A stretch of DNA of 32,000 bases from Pseudoalteromonas translucida KMM 520 (GTDB taxonomy: Bacteria > Pseudomonadota > Gammaproteobacteria > Enterobacterales > Alteromonadaceae). The notes beneath the pieces were generated by a model. The model was given only the letters and a program-made list of their open reading frames with translations, did no database searches and was not told the DNA's origin. The position numbers were made by a program, and so were the translations under genes. The stretch is from NCBI RefSeq assembly GCF_001465295.1, contig NZ_CP011034.1:3180001-3212000 (forward strand), given 5' to 3'. This document shows, in pieces, positions 9,899 to 18,885 of the stretch. How positions within the stretch are numbered: position 1 is the first letter of the stretch; the number at the start of each line of letters is the position of its first letter.

Positions 9899-9978
9899 CC
9901 ATGTCTAACATTAGATCTTGCTAATATATAAAAACCTAATATAGTAGCTATACATACTCACTAAAATGACCAACTATA

Positions 9979-10167
9979 ATGAAGCTTAATAATGCACTGC
10001 GCTTAATTGCTGGCATCATGATTATTACCTCTGTTTTATTACAAAGCTTTCATGACCCACGCTGGATATGGTTTACTGTATTTATAGCACTAAACCTAAT
10101 GCAATCAGCTTTTACCTGCTGGTGCCCAATGATCACACTATTACGCAAACTTGGCGTTAAGGAATAA
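9979..10167 (+). CDS. DUF2892 (YgaP C-terminal-like) small two-helix membrane protein
   Basis: 62 aa with NALRLIAGIMIITSVLL and WFTVFIALNLMQSAFTCWCP, the typical DUF2892 layout. The stop lies 3 nt before the rhodanese ATG. Confidence 0.75.
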   Translation: MKLNNALRLIAGIMIITSVLLQSFHDPRWIWFTVFIALNLMQSAFTCWCPMITLLRKLGVKE

Positions 10168-10170
10168 CAA

Positions 10171-10515
10171 ATGCTTACATCCATTCCCGACTTATTAAAA
10201 ACAATTATCCCTAATCAGCGCCGTATTGGTGCACAACAAGCAAAACAAGAGCTTGAGGGCAATAAAGGGTTACTTATCGATGTACGCGAACCAGCAGAGC
10301 ATGCAAATAAAGCGGCTGTTGGCGCGATAAATATCCCTCGTGGTTTACTCGAAATGAAATTAATGGAAATTGAAAAAGACGCTACACGGCCAATTTATTT
10401 ACACTGTGCCAGTGCAGCCCGCGCTACTCTTGGCGCCGAAGCACTCACTCGCGTTGGCTACGAAAACGTGACCGTGATTACTTGTAATGCCGAAGAGATT
10501 TGTAGCGTTTTTTAA
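10171..10515 (+). CDS. Single-domain rhodanese-like sulfurtransferase
   Basis: 114 aa with LIDVREPAEH and an active-site loop YLHCASAARAT containing the catalytic Cys. SD AAGGA lies upstream. Confidence 0.88.
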   Translation: MLTSIPDLLKTIIPNQRRIGAQQAKQELEGNKGLLIDVREPAEHANKAAVGAINIPRGLLEMKLMEIEKDATRPIYLHCASAARATLGAEALTRVGYENVTVITCNAEEICSVF

Positions 10516-10953
10516 ATTTAGTGCTTTTTCACCCAGCAGCGTGACTAGGGTCTTATATGGACTCCCTATTAATGTCAAAAATAAAATTGAAATAAATTAG
10601 ACCCTAGCATTTTCTCAATGTTTTTTACGCTGTAGGTGATACCCAAATTAGCTATAGCTTTATGCTTGATTGCTTTAGGCTATAGTTACTTGCTGCGCTG
10701 TGAGGGCTATCTTTTTGAGTTAAGATTACTTCGCGTAATTCTCTGGCGTTCACTAAAATAAGTAACAACCCCAATACCCCCGACTACTCCGCAATTTTAA
10801 AGCTCAACCTATACAAAGGTTACCTAATCCTTTATTGCATTTACATCGATACAAACTTTTATACATTAACTTACAACCATTTTTGGGCTATTAGCTATAC
10901 AATATTTACCTTAGATCACAAATCAATTTATAACTTAAATAGTTAGGGTAATT

Positions 10954-11703
10954 ATGAATACGTACATGACAAACAGTTTACGAGTGTTAGTAACTACATT
11001 AATTTTTACAGCATCTGCTGCTCATGCTGAGTCGCGTTGGTCGGTTGCAGGCGGGGTGATTTCTGTAGAGTCGCCATATGCAGATACCGATAGCAAAACA
11101 CTCGGTTTACCTATGGTCAACTATACAGGTGAACGATTAACCCTTAAAGGCTACATGCTTGATTATAAATTGCTTGGTGATGAAGGTTTAAATTGGTCAG
11201 TTATTCTTGAGCCTGGACAATTTTTTGACTCTACGGATTCTGATAATGTTGCCATTAAAGCATTAAATGAGCGTAAAATGTCACTCTACGCGGGTACAAA
11301 GGTAAGTTACGCTGCCAGTTTTGGCCGCGTTAGCGCAAGTATATCTCATGATGTATTAGGCCACGGTGATGGCGCTAAGTTTAAAACCGACTATAGCTAC
11401 CCGGTTAAGTTAACTAAAGAGCTAATGTTAGCGCCTTTCGTTGGGGTTGAAATTAATAGTAGCCAGTTATCAAACTATTATTACGGTGTGGCAGAGGGCG
11501 AATCTAGCACTTTTGATGCATACGAGCTTAGCTCTACGGTTAACTATAATATTGGCTTGTTAGCAAGTTACCAACTTAATAAAAACTGGAACGTAAACGC
11601 GCTAGTTAAATTTAACCAGCTAGATGCTGATATTGAAGATTCACCTATTATAGACACCGATAATCTCACTACTGCAATGATGTCTATCACTTATCACTTT
11701 TAA
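10954..11703 (+). CDS. MipA/OmpV-family outer-membrane beta-barrel protein
   Basis: Signal peptide ending AAHA|E, alternating beta-strand pattern and a C-terminal aromatic end (ITYHF). General resemblance to MltA-interacting protein family members. Confidence 0.8.
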   Translation: MNTYMTNSLRVLVTTLIFTASAAHAESRWSVAGGVISVESPYADTDSKTLGLPMVNYTGERLTLKGYMLDYKLLGDEGLNWSVILEPGQFFDSTDSDNVAIKALNERKMSLYAGTKVSYAASFGRVSASISHDVLGHGDGAKFKTDYSYPVKLTKELMLAPFVGVEINSSQLSNYYYGVAEGESSTFDAYELSSTVNYNIGLLASYQLNKNWNVNALVKFNQLDADIEDSPIIDTDNLTTAMMSITYHF

Positions 11704-11715
11704 TTAACAACCTTT

Positions 11716-11744
11716 ACCGAGCACCTCGTTGTGCTCGGTTTTTA
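11716..11744 (+). terminator. Rho-independent terminator of the mipA-like gene
   Basis: ACCGAGCAC-ctcgtt-GTGCTCGGT followed by TTTT, 13 nt after the stop codon. Confidence 0.8.
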
Positions 11745-11811
11745 ACGCTCACTCAACACCATTGTTAACTCTGTTTATAGGTATTTATATGGCCATAAAT
11801 AGCAGCAATAG

Positions 11812-12429
11812 TTAAACACTCACTACTACTTTTATAGCTAAAACAATAAATACCGCACCTAACACTTTATCTAGCCATGGGTTTTGTTTAGTAAAACCAA
11901 AGCGATTTTTAGAAACCTCAGTTAACAGTGCCACCAGTAAATACCAGCCGGTATCAATTACAAACACCGTTAAGCACATAATAAGACCAATGCTGAGAGT
12001 AAGATTTTGCGGGTCAATAAATTGCGAAAATAAGGCTAAAAAGAAGATAGCGAGTTTGGGGTTTAAAAATGCAATTGCAAAGCCATCTTGTAGCGCCTTT
12101 AATGCACTTACTTCACTCTTTTGCACTTGTAGCTCATTATTACTAGGTTTAGCCAGTAGTATTTTAATTCCCAAATAAGCTAAATATGCTGCTCCTAAAT
12201 AGACTAATAATTGATAAACATTAGGAAACTGCACCATTAAGGCACCTAAACCGAGTAAAGATGCAGCTGCATACAATCCTACTCCTACGCCATGGCTCAA
12301 TGCCGCAAGCATACCGTTTTTCATCCCACCGCTTAACGTATGCTTTAATACCACAGCCAAGCTAGGACCAGGCGACATTGCGCCCATTATGCAAACTAAC
12401 GCTAAACTTAGCCAAACAGATAAAACCAT
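11812..12429 (-). CDS. LysE/RhtB-family amino-acid exporter
   Basis: 205 aa with six hydrophobic helices, an N-terminal SPGPS motif (GAMSPGPSLAVVL) and NPKLAIFFLALF, both typical of the LysE family. Strong SD AGGGTGA. Confidence 0.88.
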   Translation of the reverse strand: MVLSVWLSLALVCIMGAMSPGPSLAVVLKHTLSGGMKNGMLAALSHGVGVGLYAAASLLGLGALMVQFPNVYQLLVYLGAAYLAYLGIKILLAKPSNNELQVQKSEVSALKALQDGFAIAFLNPKLAIFFLALFSQFIDPQNLTLSIGLIMCLTVFVIDTGWYLLVALLTEVSKNRFGFTKQNPWLDKVLGAVFIVLAIKVVVSV

Positions 12430-12439
12430 TAATCACCCT

Positions 12440-12625
12440 TTATAATTCATTATTTTCTATTAATAAGGCATAAGCCGTTATTTGCCCTTGAAAGCCCGTT
12501 GCTGTTGTTACGCTAATAACTCGCCATCCATCTTGATTTAATTGGTAAATACGCTCATTCAATGCATCTAAATCTATAGCGTGGCTAAAAAATCCACGCT
12601 TTTTAAATTCCACTATTTTTTGCAT
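12440..12625 (-). CDS. Small DUF4177-like protein (hypothetical)
   Basis: 61 aa. The pattern ...LNERIYQLNQDGWRVISVTTATG...ALLIE resembles DUF4177 (GWELVSV core). It lies 10 nt upstream of lysE on the same strand. Confidence 0.55.
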   Translation of the reverse strand: MQKIVEFKKRGFFSHAIDLDALNERIYQLNQDGWRVISVTTATGFQGQITAYALLIENNEL

Positions 12626-12739
12626 TGTTTATTATCCGTTTTATTTGTCATCACTTATCCTTGCTGATTATTTTTAGCACTATTGAATTTTAGTTTACAG
12701 ACGCCATATATAAAGCTCAATCATTAAAAAGAACCCACT

Positions 12740-14515
12740 ATGTCTCAAGCCCCTGCAGCAGAAAAAGCCGCGTTTAGTAGTTTATTACCTGTTTTTGCGT
12801 TTATTAAACCGTATAAACTGATGGTTATTGCCGCCCTTATTGCTCTTTTAGTGACGGCGGGGGTTAATTTATCATTAGGCCAAGGCGTTAAATTTGTTAT
12901 TGACCATGGTTTTATAGCAGGATCTCAAGCACAGTTGCAACAAGCAGTACTGGTACTTATAGGCTTAATTAGTTTATTAGCGGTGGGCACCTTTAGTCGT
13001 TTTTATTTAATGTCGTGGATTGGTGAACGTGTCAGTAACGATATTCGTAAAGCGGTGTTTAACCGTATTGTTACTTTGCACCCAAGTTATTTTGAAGAAA
13101 ACCGCAGCGGTGAGTTAATGTCGCGGTTAACCACCGACACCACTTTACTGCAATCTATTATTGGCTCTTCTTTTTCAATGGCGCTACGCAGTGCACTAAT
13201 GCTAGTGGGTGGTTTAGCCATGCTGCTATTTACCAATTTAAAACTCACCTTAGTGGTAGTTGCTTGTGTGCCTTTAGTACTGGTGCCCATGATGGTATTT
13301 GGCCGCAAAGTAAGAAAGTTAGCCAGTAGCAGCCAAAGTGCTATTGCCGATATAAGTACTTACGCCGGTGAGATCATTCAAAATATTAAAGTAGTGCAAA
13401 GCTATAGCCACGAACAGCGAGAGCAGCAAGCTTTTGCTCTGGAGGTCGAAAAAGCCTTTAACGTCGCTAAAAGCCGTATAAAACAACGCTCGCTTTTAAT
13501 TGCCGCCGTTATATTTTTAACCTTTAGTGCCATCAGCGCTATGTTATGGGTTGGCGGCAGCGATGTACTAGCCGGCACTATGACCGGAGGTGAGCTAGGT
13601 GCCTTTGTGTTTTACGCTATTATGGTGGCCATGTCGGTTGCAACTGTGGCAGAGGTTTATGGTGAGCTGCAGCGCGCAGCAGGCGCTGCTGCAAGGCTAC
13701 TAGAATTACTCGCCGTAAAAAGCGAAATTGAAAACCCTATTTCCCCACAAGACGAAAAGCTCCTAAGTAGCACTAGCCACTCTGCCATTACACTTGAAAG
13801 CATTAGCTTTAATTACCCTTCTCGCCCCGATGTAAGCGCACTTAATAATGTGAGTTTAAACATACAGCAAGGGCAAACAGTGGCAATTGTGGGTCCTTCT
13901 GGTGCAGGTAAAACCACCTTATTTGAATTACTACAACGCTTTTACGATCCAGCCAGCGGTGCTATTAAGTTTCGTGATGTAAATATTAAAATTTTATCAC
14001 TCAATACGCTGCGTAATAAAATGGGCATGGTGGCACAAAACCCCATTTTGTTTAGCTCAGATGTAATGCATAACATTCGCTATGGCAATCCAAATGCTAC
14101 CGACGAGCAAGTTTATGCGGCAGCTAAACATGCCCATGCCGATGAGTTTATTCAACAGCTACCACAAGGCTATAACAGCTTTTTAGGGGAACAAGGAGTG
14201 AGGCTATCGGGCGGTCAAAAGCAACGCATTGTACTCGCGCGAGCAATTTTGAAAGACCCTGAAATACTATTGCTTGATGAAGCCACCAGCGCACTGGATG
14301 CACAAAGCGAGCACCATGTACAAGCCGCGCTTGAGCACTTAATGCAAAACCGAACAACGTTAATAATTGCCCATAGGCTGGCAACGGTAAAACATGCAGA
14401 TATGATTGTGGTAATGGAACACGGGGAAATAATAGCAACAGGGAGCCATCAGCAATTACTGCAAAGCTCCCCGTTATACCAGCGCTTATGTGAACTACAG
14501 TTCAATAAAGACTAG
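12740..14515 (+). CDS. ABC exporter, fused transmembrane and ATPase domains (MsbA/ABCB type)
   Basis: 591 aa with a six-helix N-terminal TMD, Walker A GPSGAGKTT, signature LSGGQKQR, Walker B ILLLDEATSALD and H-loop IIAHRL. Confidence 0.93.
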   Translation: MSQAPAAEKAAFSSLLPVFAFIKPYKLMVIAALIALLVTAGVNLSLGQGVKFVIDHGFIAGSQAQLQQAVLVLIGLISLLAVGTFSRFYLMSWIGERVSNDIRKAVFNRIVTLHPSYFEENRSGELMSRLTTDTTLLQSIIGSSFSMALRSALMLVGGLAMLLFTNLKLTLVVVACVPLVLVPMMVFGRKVRKLASSSQSAIADISTYAGEIIQNIKVVQSYSHEQREQQAFALEVEKAFNVAKSRIKQRSLLIAAVIFLTFSAISAMLWVGGSDVLAGTMTGGELGAFVFYAIMVAMSVATVAEVYGELQRAAGAAARLLELLAVKSEIENPISPQDEKLLSSTSHSAITLESISFNYPSRPDVSALNNVSLNIQQGQTVAIVGPSGAGKTTLFELLQRFYDPASGAIKFRDVNIKILSLNTLRNKMGMVAQNPILFSSDVMHNIRYGNPNATDEQVYAAAKHAHADEFIQQLPQGYNSFLGEQGVRLSGGQKQRIVLARAILKDPEILLLDEATSALDAQSEHHVQAALEHLMQNRTTLIIAHRLATVKHADMIVVMEHGEIIATGSHQQLLQSSPLYQRLCELQFNKD

Positions 14516-14528
14516 ATTTTTTATGTGC

Positions 14529-15158
14529 TTATTGCGTATTAGGTACTATTTGAATTTCTACACGGCGATTTTGTGCACGGCCATTTGCGCTATCGTTAGA
14601 TGAAATTGGACGTGTTTCACCATAACCTGTAGTGCTAATTCGCTCAGCCATAATTTGCTGATTAACTAAATAATTTTTAACACTTTGAGCGCGTTGCTGT
14701 GAAAGGCTCATATTGTAGCTATCTTTACCTGTGCTATCGGTATGACCTTCTACGCTTAAATAAGTTTTTTCGTATTTGTTCATCACTTTAGCAATCGCAC
14801 TTAGCGTATTGTGAAAGCCCGACGAAATATACGACTGATCGGTTGCAAAGGTAATATTTGACGGCATAACTAAACGTAAGTTATCGCCTTCACGTACCAC
14901 TTCAACACCAGAACCAGCTAATTCGTCACGAAAAGCGGTTTCTTGTTTGTCCATGTAATCGCCTACTGCAGCACCAGCTAATGCACCAATTGCAGCACCA
15001 ATAAAGATACGCTTATCTTTATGATTACCAGTAGCCTTACCTAATACACCACCAGCTGCAGCGCCAATTGCCGCTCCTTTACCTGTGTTATTCATTTCAC
15101 AACCGCTAAGTAATACAGCCACTACCGTTACGCTTAAAAGTGATTTAGTTAAAGTCAT
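14529..15158 (-). CDS. OmpA-family lipoprotein with glycine-zipper region
   Basis: Start moved to ATG 15158: MTLTKSLLSVTVVAVLLSGC has lipobox LSGC. Glycine zipper GAAIGAAAGGVLGKATG...GAAIGALAGAAVG. C-terminal OmpA domain (GHTDSTG, NRRVEI). Confidence 0.88.
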   Translation of the reverse strand: MTLTKSLLSVTVVAVLLSGCEMNNTGKGAAIGAAAGGVLGKATGNHKDKRIFIGAAIGALAGAAVGDYMDKQETAFRDELAGSGVEVVREGDNLRLVMPSNITFATDQSYISSGFHNTLSAIAKVMNKYEKTYLSVEGHTDSTGKDSYNMSLSQQRAQSVKNYLVNQQIMAERISTTGYGETRPISSNDSANGRAQNRRVEIQIVPNTQ

Positions 15159-15344
15159 GTTATGTCCTATCCATTTAGTATTTTGCGCTATTATGCAAAT
15201 ATATGAATGAACAAGCCATGAAGAATCTATTAAAATTAGCGTTTTATGCTGTATAACAACAAAAATTCTATCAATAGCTGATTTCATAAATATGTCATAC
15301 TACTGGATGATAATTTTATAATTTATAACGAGGATTGGGGCGTA

Positions 15345-16496
15345 ATGTTAATTGCTATTTTTAGACAGTTTTTTTTACTTGGCTGCATGAGTTTTGGTGG
15401 CCCTGCTGCTCACTTAGGCTATTTTAAGCGCCATTTTGTCGATACCCTAAATTGGCTCACTAACACCCGTTATGCACAGCTTATAAGCTTAAGCCAAGCA
15501 TTGCCCGGGCCAGGCTCTAGCCAAGTTAGTTTTGCTATTGGGGTAGAACGCGCGGGTGTACTTGGTGGCATTGCTGCCTTTATTGGTTTTACCCTACCGT
15601 CGTTTTTAATTATGTTGCTATTGGCTATAAGTGCGCATCAGTTTGATGCTGTTTATTTTGCCATTATTGCTGGGTTAAAACTGTTTGCTGTGGTTATTGT
15701 CGCCGATGCCACATTAGGTATGGCAAAGAGCTTTTGCACTAGTGCAGCCCTAAAGCTATTAGCCGTACTAAGCACGTTAGCCTTAATACTTTTTCCTCTG
15801 CTGGGCACACAAATAGCTATTTTAATTACCGCGGCTGCTGTGGGTGCAATATGGCCATTATTAAAATTAAATCCTGAACCCGCACAGCAAAGTAAGTCAA
15901 AAAGTAATATAAATTGGCTCGCCTTAGGATTATTTACACTGCTGCTAGCGCTCAGCTTCATTCCTTTGACTACTGAATTAGCTTTGTTTGCCCCCTTTTA
16001 TCAAGCAGGTGCCATGGTGTTTGGTGGTGGCCATGTAGTATTACCTGTATTGCAAGCAAGCGTACCTGCACTAAGCAGCGATCAGTTTTTGAGCGCCTAT
16101 GCAAGCGCGCAAGCTGTGCCTGGGCCTATGTTTACCATTGCGACTTACTTAGGTGCACAACTAAGTACCGAACAACCTTTATTAGGCGCTATCATAGCCA
16201 CGGTACTTATATTTATGCCCGGATTTTTACTCATACTGGCGTTTCAAAAAAGCTGGTTAAACTTAGCAAGCAAGCCTCGCTTTGCCAGTGTTATTGCCGC
16301 ACTTAACGCCTCTGTAGTGGGTTTTTTAGCCGCGGCGCTGTATTCACCTATTTGGACATCGGCGGTGCACAACCTTTGGCAAGTTGCGCTAGTTATTGTG
16401 GCACTCGCTTGGCTAAGATTAAAAAAGCCACCTATTTGGTGGCTGTTAATACTCTTTATTACTACGGGGTTGGCTCAGTATTATTGGGCACTTTAA
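15345..16496 (+). CDS. chrA: Chromate ion transporter (CHR family)
   Basis: 383 aa. The CHR signature is duplicated (FGGPAAHLGYF...LPGPGSSQV in the N half; FGGGHVVLP...VPGPMFTIATYLG in the C half). About 10 TMs. Confidence 0.85.
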   Translation: MLIAIFRQFFLLGCMSFGGPAAHLGYFKRHFVDTLNWLTNTRYAQLISLSQALPGPGSSQVSFAIGVERAGVLGGIAAFIGFTLPSFLIMLLLAISAHQFDAVYFAIIAGLKLFAVVIVADATLGMAKSFCTSAALKLLAVLSTLALILFPLLGTQIAILITAAAVGAIWPLLKLNPEPAQQSKSKSNINWLALGLFTLLLALSFIPLTTELALFAPFYQAGAMVFGGGHVVLPVLQASVPALSSDQFLSAYASAQAVPGPMFTIATYLGAQLSTEQPLLGAIIATVLIFMPGFLLILAFQKSWLNLASKPRFASVIAALNASVVGFLAAALYSPIWTSAVHNLWQVALVIVALAWLRLKKPPIWWLLILFITTGLAQYYWAL

Positions 16497-17715
16497 TTTT
16501 AGGTTTTTCGCTCGTAGGCACGGCTGTGGGTGGGCTAAATTGGCCACTCACACTTTGATACGGACGCAGGCCAAAAATAGGTAACACAGCCAATAAATGA
16601 TCCATTATTTCGGCTTGTAAATGCTCATACGATATCCAGCGTTTATCGCTACTAAAGCAATAAAACTCAATTGGTAAGCCGTGGTTTGTCGGCTGTAACT
16701 CACGTACTAACAAGGTCAGCGAGGTATTGATTTTTTTATGTTGCTTTAGGTAACCTTCGGCATAACGGCGAAACAAACCTAAATTAGACACAGGATCAGG
16801 CAGTGAAGACGTACGAATGTAGTCGGCCAAAGGTATAGCCGCTTCTATTTGCTGGCGAAAATCATCTTCAACTAAAAAAATACTATTCATATCAATATTA
16901 AGCGAGCGCTTCATGCGCCTACCGGCAGACTCTTGCATACTGCGCCAGTTTTTAAATGAACCAGCTACTAACATGTAAGTAGGAATAGTAGTTACAGTGT
17001 TATCCCAGTTACGCACTCTTACTGTGTTTAACCCTAAATCAATTACTTCTCCATCGGCCCCATAATTATCTACCTGGATCCAGTCGCCATACGTAACGAG
17101 TCTATTGGCTGCAATTTGAATGCTTGCGACAAATCCTAATATGGTGTCTTTAAATACTAATAAAGTGACGGCGGCAATGGCACCAAACCCCGAGAGAATA
17201 TAAGTAGGTGATTTTTCCAGCACTATACTAACAATTAAAATAACACTGACAATAAAGGTAATTAATTTAACAACCTGAATTAATCCCTGAATGGGTACTT
17301 CGCGGGCAAAATCTAATTGATTATAAATAGCGCCCGCAATACTCACTATGCTACTAAAAATAAAGCCCGCATAAATAATGAGCAGCGCTTGGCCTAAGGT
17401 TTTTAAAATTTCCTCTGCAATCTCATTCACCGGGTACACACTATCAAATGTGGCTAAAAACAACGCACAGCAAAGTAAGCAAGCTATGCGCTTATTGAGC
17501 TTATTGAGCATAGGTGCAAGTAAGCCAATGCGTTCAGGTGAGATTTTAGTAACAATTTTTTGGATCGCAGGAAACATTAAGCGGCGAGTAAATAAGTACA
17601 CAAATAATAATGAAAATATACCAATGGCGACGGCAGTAATAGTGCTTAGAAAAAAAGCGTCGGGCACTTTTTCAAACCAAGGCGCTATTAACTTCTGTAA
17701 GTGGATATCGGTCAT
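16462..17715 (-). CDS. Mechanosensitive ion channel, MscS family
   Basis: 417 aa with N-terminal TMs, then the MscS pore and beta-domain pattern (AIAAVTLLVFKDTILGFVASIQIAANRLVTYGDWIQV...GEVIDLGLNTVRVRNWDNTVTTIPT). The 3' end overlaps chrA by 35 nt. Confidence 0.88.
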   Translation of the reverse strand: MTDIHLQKLIAPWFEKVPDAFFLSTITAVAIGIFSLLFVYLFTRRLMFPAIQKIVTKISPERIGLLAPMLNKLNKRIACLLCCALFLATFDSVYPVNEIAEEILKTLGQALLIIYAGFIFSSIVSIAGAIYNQLDFAREVPIQGLIQVVKLITFIVSVILIVSIVLEKSPTYILSGFGAIAAVTLLVFKDTILGFVASIQIAANRLVTYGDWIQVDNYGADGEVIDLGLNTVRVRNWDNTVTTIPTYMLVAGSFKNWRSMQESAGRRMKRSLNIDMNSIFLVEDDFRQQIEAAIPLADYIRTSSLPDPVSNLGLFRRYAEGYLKQHKKINTSLTLLVRELQPTNHGLPIEFYCFSSDKRWISYEHLQAEIMDHLLAVLPIFGLRPYQSVSGQFSPPTAVPTSEKPKIKVPNNTEPTP

Positions 17716-17939
17716 GGTATTTTTATTTCCTTGCGGGAGTTAGGTTTAAAATTACAGTGCTAGCTAGAGTAAAAAGCGCCATTGCAGCATAACCAATTAT
17801 ATTGACTACAGCGGGTAATACCCGCTGTGAAATTAACAGAGCCAAGCAGAGTGATTAAAAACAATACCTAATTTAATCTGCAGTGACAGTGATTAGGTAA
17901 ATGTTTTTAGCGTAACTGTAGGCTCATATTTTTATGCGC

Positions 17940-18812
17940 TTATTTTTGCTCAAGATTTATTAATGTTTGGTTTTTTTCTTTCCATAACCGATTGAGCTCA
18001 CTTTGAAAGCGCACTCTAAAGTCGGGATCGTTAGTGTAGTCACCAATTAGCTCGTCACTGACCGGCCTTACTTCAACATGTACGTTTATATTTTTTACTT
18101 TACCGCTGGCAAAATCCATAAAGGTCGGAATGCCCTCAGGATAATGAATAGTCACATTAACTACTTTAGTAATTTGCTCTCCCATGGCTTGCATTACAAA
18201 GGCAACGCCTCCTGCTTTGGGTTTTAACAAATGTGGAAAAGGACTATTTTGGCGAGCATGTTTTTGCTTTGTATAACGCGTACCTTCTACAAAATTAACC
18301 ACACTTACTGGCATTTCTTTAAATTTTTCGCAGGCCTTACGCGTGGTTTCTAAATCTTTACCGCGTAATTTAGGGTTCTTTTTAAGCTGACTTTTACTCG
18401 TACGAGTCATGAATGGAAAATCGAGCGCCCACCAGCACAAACCTAATATAGGCACGTAAATAAGCTCTTTTTTCAAAAAGAAATTTAAAAAGGGTATTTT
18501 GCGATTTAATACGCGTTGCAATACTAAAATATCAACCCAGCTTTGATGATTAGCTATAACTAAATACCAATCTTTTAGTTTTATATCTTCAAGCCCAGTA
18601 ACGTTAATTTTAGTTGGCGTAAATAATTTTTGATTTAAGCTGTTAAAAGTAACCCAAATAGTGGCAAATTGCTTGGCAGCCCAACTCATTAACTTTTGTA
18701 GCGGCTTAATTGGTATAAGCTTAATAACACCACAAATAAAAATTGGCACAAACCAAATAAGAGTATTTATAAAGTACAACAAAATACTAAATACACTGCG
18801 GATAACTGACAT
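17940..18812 (-). CDS. Lysophospholipid acyltransferase (PlsC/YihG-like)
   Basis: 290 aa with an N-terminal TM, the HX4D catalytic motif (ANHQSWVDIL) and a FVEGTR acyl-acceptor motif. Confidence 0.85.
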   Translation of the reverse strand: MSVIRSVFSILLYFINTLIWFVPIFICGVIKLIPIKPLQKLMSWAAKQFATIWVTFNSLNQKLFTPTKINVTGLEDIKLKDWYLVIANHQSWVDILVLQRVLNRKIPFLNFFLKKELIYVPILGLCWWALDFPFMTRTSKSQLKKNPKLRGKDLETTRKACEKFKEMPVSVVNFVEGTRYTKQKHARQNSPFPHLLKPKAGGVAFVMQAMGEQITKVVNVTIHYPEGIPTFMDFASGKVKNINVHVEVRPVSDELIGDYTNDPDFRVRFQSELNRLWKEKNQTLINLEQK

Positions 18813-18885
18813 TGTTTCTATTCCTTTAAATAGCGCGCAGCAGCTAATTACTGCGCTTTTTATACTTAATTAATAATGGCTGAGG

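Noticed and set aside
10656-10670. A 14-nt identity (GCTTTATGCTTGAT) shared between 10656-10669 and 23385-23398, and an 11-mer TAAGCAATACT shared in inverted orientation between 21841-21851 and 31909-31919.
   Set aside because: Matches of this length are expected by chance in 32 kb when both strands are considered. The flanking sequence does not extend either similarity.
15159-15287. A 43-codon N-terminal extension of the OmpA-family ORF. Similar upstream extensions occur in the track for greB (TTG 27704), the RND adaptor (TTG 6301), the RND permease (9569), DUF5329 (4717) and the CBS gene (GTG 28706).
   Set aside because: Internal ATG starts give proper signal peptides, a lipobox or a homologue-matching N-terminus, and have better SD sequences. 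The extensions overlap upstream genes or have atypical composition.
18835-18861. A plus-strand-oriented terminator-like hairpin (GCGCAG-10 nt-CTGCGC-TTTTT) between the minus-strand speA and acyltransferase genes.
   Set aside because: The stem is short (6 bp) with a large loop, and no plus-strand gene ends there. On the minus strand it lacks a U-tract. It is probably incidental, or at most a weak block to antisense transcription.
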